From Elusimicrobiota bacterium (GTDB taxonomy: Bacteria > Elusimicrobiota > Elusimicrobia > F11), in assembly GCA_044221725.1 (NCBI GenBank), contig JBGAON010000002.1, positions 192,001 to 256,000 on the forward strand: 64,000 bases of DNA. Direction: 5' to 3'. How positions within the stretch are numbered: position 1 is the stretch's first letter; every line of letters begins with the position of its first letter. This document shows positions 58,074 through 64,000 of the stretch, in pieces. Made by a program: the position numbers and the translations under genes. The notes beneath the pieces were generated by a model. The model was not told the origin of the DNA, made no database searches, and worked only from the letters and a program-made list of their open reading frames with translations.

Positions 58074-58805
58074 TTGACCAAACTTTCGATCATTATTCCA
58101 GCCTTTAACGAAAGGCCTACCGTTGAGCAGCTTCTAAAAGAAGTGATTGCTGTTGATCTCGCACCGCTCGGCGTCGAAAAAGAAATTATCGTTGTCGAAA
58201 GTGGATCGACCGATGGCACGCGCGAGGTGGTCAAAGATTTTGAAAGCAAAGGGCTCGTAAAGGCCATTTACCAACCGAAACCCCGCGGCAAAGGAAATGC
58301 GGTGCGCGCCGCCTTCGCGACGCTTACGGGGGATATCGTTCTCATTCAAGACGCCGACCTTGAATACCGCGTGTCGGAATATCCGGATTTGTTGAAACCG
58401 CTTTTGTCGGGGCAAACCGATTTTGTTTTGGGATCGCGTCACCTCGGGAAAGGCGATTGGCATTTTCGGAAATTCGTGCACGGAAAATTGTCCGCGGCCT
58501 TTATGAATTTTGGGAACAAATTGTGCAACACGCTCTTCAATATTCTGTACGGCGTTGATTTAACGGACCCCACAACGATGTTTAAGGTGTTTCGCGCGTC
58601 GTGTATCCGCGGAGTCACGTTTCGTTCGGATTACTTCGAGTTGGATTTGGAGATCGTGGGAAAACTGATTCGTCGGAAATATTTCCCGATCGAGATTCCG
58701 ATCAGTTACGTGTCGCGAGGGTTTGATGAAGGGAAGAAAATTCGGATTTCGCGTGATGGTTTCCTGGTCATCTACGCGATGTTTCGGTTTCGGTGGTTTG
58801 ATTGA
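58074..58805 (+). CDS. GT2 polyprenol-phosphate glycosyltransferase (DPM synthase-like)
   Basis: LSIIIPAFNE, SGSTDGT, GKG, IQDADLEY, GSR, EIPISYVSRGFDEGKK. Confidence 0.9.
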   Translation: MTKLSIIIPAFNERPTVEQLLKEVIAVDLAPLGVEKEIIVVESGSTDGTREVVKDFESKGLVKAIYQPKPRGKGNAVRAAFATLTGDIVLIQDADLEYRVSEYPDLLKPLLSGQTDFVLGSRHLGKGDWHFRKFVHGKLSAAFMNFGNKLCNTLFNILYGVDLTDPTTMFKVFRASCIRGVTFRSDYFELDLEIVGKLIRRKYFPIEIPISYVSRGFDEGKKIRISRDGFLVIYAMFRFRWFD

Positions 58806-59947
58806 AAGTTCTTATGCTGATTTCGCGTTTCCATCCGCACGTCGGAGGAACCGAAAGCCAAGCGCTCCGCTTGTCGAAAGAGCTTGTCCGCCAGGGTGTC
58901 GCAGTTCAGGTGTTAACCCATCGGCACAGTTTTTCTCATCCGACATACGAACGCATCGGAGGCGTCGAGGTTGTTCGTGTGGGGTGGCCGGTCGGTTCGT
59001 TCATCGGATCATTTAGTTACCTTTTTCATGGCCTCTATTGGATCTGGCGACAAAATCCGAAGCCGGATATTTTTCACGCTCACATGTTGGCGGTTCCAGC
59101 GGTATTGGCGTGTCTTGCGCGGCAGTTGTTTGGCGTGAAGGTCATCGTGAAGATCGCATGCTCCGGGTCGCTGGGGGACATTGCTTCGGCCAAAAGGGAT
59201 GCGGTGGGGCGCGCGAAGCTCGCTTATGTGCGCCGCGTTGCGTCGACATTCATTAGTCTTTCAAAGGAAGTGCAGACGGAGCTGGTGAGCGAAGGGATTC
59301 CGCTCGAGAAAATTGCCTCCATTCCAAACGGCGTGGATACCGAGGAATTTCACGCGCTGATAGACGCGAGCGAGAAAGTCAGCGTGCAACAGTCCCTCGG
59401 TTTGTCGCCGGCGCGTTGGATTATGTTTTCGGGACGTCTGACCGCTCAGAAGAAACCGATTCCGATTTTGCGCGCATTTTCTGCGATTGCGGAAGAATTT
59501 CCTGACGCGCGATTGATTTATATTGGGGAAGGCGATCAAGCACCGCAGTTAAAAAAGGCCATTTCGGAAAGTCCGTATCAAAACCGTGTTGTTGTTAAAT
59601 CGGTGGCAAGCGACGTGCAGCGGTATTACGAAGCTTCCGATATCTTTTTGCTTCCATCAGAAGCGGAGGGTATGTCGAACAGTTTGCTTGAGGCAATGGC
59701 CTGCGGACTGGTGTGTGTCACGACACCGGTGGGCGCGAACATAGAACTCATCGAGAATCACGGAAATGGATTGCTCGTCGATTCGTCGGATCTTGCAAAA
59801 GGGCTTAGAGAAGCGCTGGCGAATCCCGCGGAGGGCCGGCAGCTCGGTGAAGCGGCTCGCGAAACCGTGCGATCCCGTTACGAATTGCGGCAGGTTGCCA
59901 GTCGGTATCGCGATCTTTATCGCGAGCTGCAATCGTCAAAAAACTGA
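58802..59947 (+). CDS. GT4 glycosyltransferase
   Basis: GGTE, IPNGVD, GRLTAQK, EGMSNSLLEAM. Confidence 0.9.
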   Translation: MKVLMLISRFHPHVGGTESQALRLSKELVRQGVAVQVLTHRHSFSHPTYERIGGVEVVRVGWPVGSFIGSFSYLFHGLYWIWRQNPKPDIFHAHMLAVPAVLACLARQLFGVKVIVKIACSGSLGDIASAKRDAVGRAKLAYVRRVASTFISLSKEVQTELVSEGIPLEKIASIPNGVDTEEFHALIDASEKVSVQQSLGLSPARWIMFSGRLTAQKKPIPILRAFSAIAEEFPDARLIYIGEGDQAPQLKKAISESPYQNRVVVKSVASDVQRYYEASDIFLLPSEAEGMSNSLLEAMACGLVCVTTPVGANIELIENHGNGLLVDSSDLAKGLREALANPAEGRQLGEAARETVRSRYELRQVASRYRDLYRELQSSKN

Positions 59948-59957
59948 CGTCGATGCT

Positions 59958-59986
59958 TTGCAATAAAAACGTTGTTAGGATATTCT
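59958..59986 (+). promoter_or_regulatory. Putative sigma70 promoter upstream of the second radical SAM gene
   Basis: TTGCAA (59958-59963), 17 nt spacer, TATTCT (59981-59986) in the intergenic gap. Confidence 0.6.
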
Positions 59987-60025
59987 CTCTGAGGTCCAGA
60001 ACGAGAGAAAAGGAAAAGAAATTTA

Positions 60026-61087
60026 ATGGATGAGTTGCTAAAAAGACACGAAGCGATTCCCGGTCAGGTTTTGCACCACGGTGAAACCGATCCGAACCTT
60101 TATATTTATAACGCTCACCTCGAAAAAGGCGATACGGAAAAGGCAGCAAAGTTTCTTGAATATCGAAAGAAATGGGAAAAGGCTCGAACCTCTGATGAAT
60201 TGTCGCCCCACCCGCTTGAAGTCGCGTTCGCTTTTCAAAACTCCTGCAATTTGGCGTGCCCGCATTGCTACCGGCAATTCAACGAAACGAAAGATCCGCG
60301 CAATTCTTTGCAATACGACGAAATAATTCGGCTCATCGATGAATGCAAGGAAATCGGCGTTCATTCCATCCAGCTCGGCGCCGGCATCGAAAGCTTTCAG
60401 TACCCGAAAATAAACGACATCATTAAATATATTGGCGCGAAAGGTTTTGAAGATTTTTAGGTGTCGACCAACGGTCAGTTGATGGACGAAGAGAAGAGCA
60501 AGTTGTTGCTCGATTCGAATGTTACGCGTATCCCGGTATCGATGGATGCCATCTCACCACAAACCTATGCGAAATCGCGCGGCGGCAGTTATTACAGGCT
60601 CATGAAAAATATTTTCCAATTCTTGGAACTGCGCGAGAAGCGGAATCAAAAGTTGCCGATTCTGCGCGTATCTTTTGTTCGGTACAACTTGACCGAGCAC
60701 GAGACCGAAGACTTTATTCGCTTTTGGAAAAAAATTGCGAACGAGGTGGACGTTCAGCCTTTGATCGATGTACGCAATGTGAACGAGCTCCGCTACGACA
60801 CGATCGAACCAGAAAAAATTAGCTGCCGATATCCAACGAACATGATGTGGATTGATTGGAATGGCGACTATCGCCCATGCTGCACCGATTTCTCGAAGCT
60901 CGTTAAAGTGGGAAACGTGAAAGATGGCGGTATATTAAAAGCCTGGCACGGTGAAAATATTAATGATCTCCGTGCGCAGTTGAGTCGAAAAAAGAAACTG
61001 AACCGCGCCTGCGTGAACTGTTTGCGTTCGATGAACAGTTCCGAAACCTACGAGCCGTTAACCAAAGGACGCAAAAAGTCTGCTTAA
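60026..61087 (+). pseudogene. Radical SAM/SPASM(twitch) gene interrupted by one in-frame TAG at 60458-60460 (nonsense mutation, sequence error or readthrough)
   Basis: ORFs 60026-60460 and 60461-61087 are in frame: CNLACPHC...GFEDF*VSTNG...CRYP...YRPCC...CVNC forms one 353-codon protein. Confidence 0.8.
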
Positions 61088-61100
61088 TATCAAGAATGAT

Positions 61101-62759
61101 TTGAAGCACTTGATCATCTTGGCCTCTGTCACGATCGGATTGGGTTTTTGGGGCCTGTCCTGGGGCCTTCCTTCGGAATCTCGCCGTGAATTGTTTTTAA
61201 AGCCCGCGCTTCGAACGCCGGAGTTCTATGCGCAACTCGAGCGGTTGCGCACCACTCGATACAACGAAATGGGAATGAACAGCGCCGCGTACGCTGGCCG
61301 TCTTCAACGCGAAGGTCAGCAATTTCACGGTCCCACCGATATCTTGTTCTGTTATGGTTCGTACCTCGTGAGAAGCCACGACGCCGATGAACAGCAGACG
61401 CTCGTCGCGGTGTCACGACTCAATCCGCTGAAAGGGAAATGGTACCCGCACGCGTTCTACTACGGTGGAGGGTACATTTATCCGTTGGCGTTTTTTCTCG
61501 GTTTGGGGAAAGTCATCGGTTTTGTGACGTTGGTACCGCAGGTGTCTTTTTACTACGAGCATGCGAACGAAATGGGGAAAATTTTCCTCATGTTGCGCTC
61601 GTGGAGCGTTGTCGGGCTGTTGTTCAGTTGCATGTGTCTGTATGTCTGCGCGAAACAATTTGCGTCGAGATCCGTGGCGTTTTGGTCGAGTTTGTTTTTT
61701 GTTCTTGCACCGGTGAATCTCGCGTTTTCCAAAATCGGCAAGCCGCACACCTGGGGGCCCGGATGGACCCTGCTCGCGATAGGGATGTGCGCCCGATTTA
61801 AAGAGTCGCAGCGAACGCGTGACTTGTTGTTGGCCGCCGCGTTTATGGGATTTGCGATTGGGACGACAACGAGTCAGTGCGTCTTTTTTCCGTTTCTCGT
61901 TTGGGCCATAGGAATGCGCTCTCCAAAATTGTTCGTCGCGCGTTCATTGATGGCGTTTGTGGTGGTTTGCGGCGTTTTCCTCGTTTTGAATCCCACGTTG
62001 CCGTTTCATTTTCAGGATTTCATGGACGAGGTTCGGTTCATCGGTTCGTGGTATCCGTTTAAAGTCCGCATTCCGGCGATATTTGAGTTCGTTTATCACT
62101 CGGTGCTGCCCGCTTTAACGCCGGTGTTGTTTGTTGTCTCGGTGGCCGGATTGGTCGTTGTGATCGCAAACTCGCCGGATCGCAAAGTGCGCCATCTGTT
62201 GTTGTTATTCCTGTTGCCTCTCGCGTTGGTTTCGTTTCAGGTTCAAGCGGCGACCAAGGAGGCCATTCAGATTCGGATATTTCTTTCAGGAGTGGCGTTG
62301 CTGTCTTTTGCGGCCGCGTATTTTTCGTTTCAGTTTTCATGGGGTGTCGCTGTGCGCTGGATTGTTTTGTCGGTGTTGTTCGGGTTTGCCGCGCTTTACA
62401 ATCTTCATTTTGCGTCCGACCGGGCGCCCAACGATAACGCTTCGCTGGCATCAAAATGGATCGCCGCAACGATTCCCGAAGGATCGACTTTTGAAATGTT
62501 TTATTTCATCCCGACGCCCGACCAATTGCCGCCGGTGGATTTTCAGACGTACAAATTTGTCTCGTACCGATCCGGAGAGGCCGGTCAAAAGGGGAATTAT
62601 CTTCTGGTGAACCCGATTGGCATTGATATCGAAAAGGAAGTATTGGCGAAAGGGTACGTGCTCGTGAAGAAGTTTGAAACATCACCGCTGCAGAAGCTTA
62701 AACTCCCGGACTATTTTTCGAACGCGAACTTTCCGGTTCTGATTTATCAGAAAACGTAA
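61101..62759 (+). CDS. GT-C fold lipid-carrier-dependent glycosyltransferase (paralog of 47468-49249)
   Basis: WGLPS, SHDADE, YPHAFYYG, GKPH, many TM helices, ASKWIAATIPEG. Confidence 0.75.
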   Translation: MKHLIILASVTIGLGFWGLSWGLPSESRRELFLKPALRTPEFYAQLERLRTTRYNEMGMNSAAYAGRLQREGQQFHGPTDILFCYGSYLVRSHDADEQQTLVAVSRLNPLKGKWYPHAFYYGGGYIYPLAFFLGLGKVIGFVTLVPQVSFYYEHANEMGKIFLMLRSWSVVGLLFSCMCLYVCAKQFASRSVAFWSSLFFVLAPVNLAFSKIGKPHTWGPGWTLLAIGMCARFKESQRTRDLLLAAAFMGFAIGTTTSQCVFFPFLVWAIGMRSPKLFVARSLMAFVVVCGVFLVLNPTLPFHFQDFMDEVRFIGSWYPFKVRIPAIFEFVYHSVLPALTPVLFVVSVAGLVVVIANSPDRKVRHLLLLFLLPLALVSFQVQAATKEAIQIRIFLSGVALLSFAAAYFSFQFSWGVAVRWIVLSVLFGFAALYNLHFASDRAPNDNASLASKWIAATIPEGSTFEMFYFIPTPDQLPPVDFQTYKFVSYRSGEAGQKGNYLLVNPIGIDIEKEVLAKGYVLVKKFETSPLQKLKLPDYFSNANFPVLIYQKT

Positions 62760-62768
62760 CGCCGACGC

Positions 62769-64000
62769 CTACGGTTTTTCGGCTACGACCACGACCGACA
62801 ATCCAAACGGTGGATCAATATAATCCTCGATTTTTAAAATCTTCACGAGAAAGTCGAACAGCCGAACCTGTCGGCTCGGAAATAATTTCTTCTTCAGCAC
62901 GCGTCCATTAATAAACCAACCAATCGCTCCAAGCATATTTAAGTAGGTGGACTTTTTTACCGTGAGCCCGCTTTCTTCGATAATCTTTGACAGCGATTCT
63001 TTTGAGTAGCGTCGGAAATGTCCCACCTGTTTATCAATGCTCCCATAAAGAAGTTGGTGGGCGGGGACCAAAATGACCAGTCTTCCGCCGGAGGGCAAAA
63101 GGTCCCGAATGTTGCGCAGCGCCTTCCCATGATCCTCAATGTGTTCGAGCACGTTCATCGAGAGCACCGTGTTTGGTTTTAACTGTTCGGCCACGGCACG
63201 CGTTTCGTTATCGAGAAGAAGATCAAGTTTTCTCACGTGGACGTTCGTGAACATTCGGAACTTCCGTTTCAAATCGTCGAGATAAAACTCTTCGAGATCT
63301 GTTGCGACGACCGATTCCGATTCGAGCAAGAACGTGGTGATGTTCCCTGTCCCGGATCCGGTTTCGAGCACGCGCGTGCCGACGTCTGGCAAAACCTTTT
63401 TGGCGAGCCAGCTGTTGTATGCGCTTGCACCCTCCATGATACGGAGCGCTCGCCACACGGCCGTGTTCTCAAACAAGTCATCGATCAGCCAGTATTTGAT
63501 AATCGTGAAGAGCACAAGAATTCCGTCAAACCACGTCGATTTTTTCCCTTCGGTGGCGGTTCGGCCGTTGAACGAAATGGGGACTTCGTAAATGGCGCAG
63601 CGAAGTTTGCTGATCTTCGCCGTGATCTCCGGCTCGATGCCGAACCGATTCGAACGCAGATTAATGCTTTTCATGATGTCGGTTTTGAACATCTTGTAAC
63701 CCGTCACCATGTCGGTGAGTCCAAGATCCGTAAAAATATTCGAGATAAACGTGATGATCTTGTTGCTCATGATGTTCGAGAAAGAGAGAACGCGTCGGCT
63801 TTCGCCGAGGAAGCGCGAGCCGTACACCACGTCCGCCTGTCCGAGAAGAATCGGCTCCATCAATCTTCCGTATTCGCTCGGATCGTATTCCAGATCGGCG
63901 TCTTGGATGATCAGAAGATTCCCGGTCGCTTCTTTAAGCCCGGCGCGAATCGCTGCGCCTTTTCCCTGGTTCGTCGGGTGATAAATGAATTTAAAAGCAA
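62769..64000 (-). CDS. GT2 (DPM synthase-like) glycosyltransferase fused to a class I SAM methyltransferase; 5' end outside the window
   Basis: Frame stays open to 64000 (HPTNQGKGAAIRAG...IIQDADLEYDP), then YGSRF, EPEIT, EGKK, then VLETGSGTG, NVLEHIED, GHFRRY. Confidence 0.9.
   Translation of the reverse strand, partial: AFKFIYHPTNQGKGAAIRAGLKEATGNLLIIQDADLEYDPSEYGRLMEPILLGQADVVYGSRFLGESRRVLSFSNIMSNKIITFISNIFTDLGLTDMVTGYKMFKTDIMKSINLRSNRFGIEPEITAKISKLRCAIYEVPISFNGRTATEGKKSTWFDGILVLFTIIKYWLIDDLFENTAVWRALRIMEGASAYNSWLAKKVLPDVGTRVLETGSGTGNITTFLLESESVVATDLEEFYLDDLKRKFRMFTNVHVRKLDLLLDNETRAVAEQLKPNTVLSMNVLEHIEDHGKALRNIRDLLPSGGRLVILVPAHQLLYGSIDKQVGHFRRYSKESLSKIIEESGLTVKKSTYLNMLGAIGWFINGRVLKKKLFPSRQVRLFDFLVKILKIEDYIDPPFGLSVVVVAEKP

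Noticed and set aside
60458..60460. Genome-wide TAG reassignment
   Set aside because: TAG ends rpmE, hisD, hisI, trpE, the deacetylase, the second AsnB and HisF2 at the expected lengths.

Overview
Bacterial chromosomal window, most plausibly from Elusimicrobiota (inferred from gene order and protein style, not verified). Almost everything from 2012 to 62759 is one co-directional run of abutting or overlapping + strand genes. (1) 2-22 kb is a housekeeping superoperon: rpmE-prfA-prmC-murA-hisDBHAFI-trpEGDCFBA-accD-folC-ROK kinase-lptD. It lacks hisG/hisZ, hisC and hisE, and has REP-like palindromes in its few intergenic gaps. (2) 22-63 kb is a roughly 41 kb surface-glycan locus. It holds ugd and several glycosyltransferases, a GbsR/MarR-type regulator with a perfect palindromic operator, and a pathway for a heavily decorated nonulosonic acid (NeuB, SpsF-like cytidylyltransferase, two formyltransferases, deacetylase, two AsnB-like enzymes, HisH2/HisF2/PseA-type amidotransferase, methyltransferase). 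It also holds a MurJ-like flippase, a KpsS-like transferase, two unknown proteins and two paralogous GT-C transferases. The most notable part is a contiguous module at 49277-58067 whose enzyme families match seven or eight steps of the lincomycin GDP-octose pathway: transaldolase, SIS isomerase, GHMP kinase, HAD phosphatase, nucleotidyltransferase, epimerase, Cys-less UDP-glucose-dehydrogenase homolog and Gfo/Idh/MocA oxidoreductase, plus an SDR and a radical SAM enzyme. A second radical SAM gene is split by one in-frame TAG. Two minus-strand genes run off the window ends. One is a secreted or membrane protein of at least 622 aa at 1-1866, absent from the ORF track, whose N-terminus resembles that of very large proteins of Elusimicrobiota/Omnitrophota. 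The other is a GT2-methyltransferase fusion at the right end. No rRNA, tRNA, CRISPR array or transposase was recognised. All calls come from reading motifs by eye; no database search was run.
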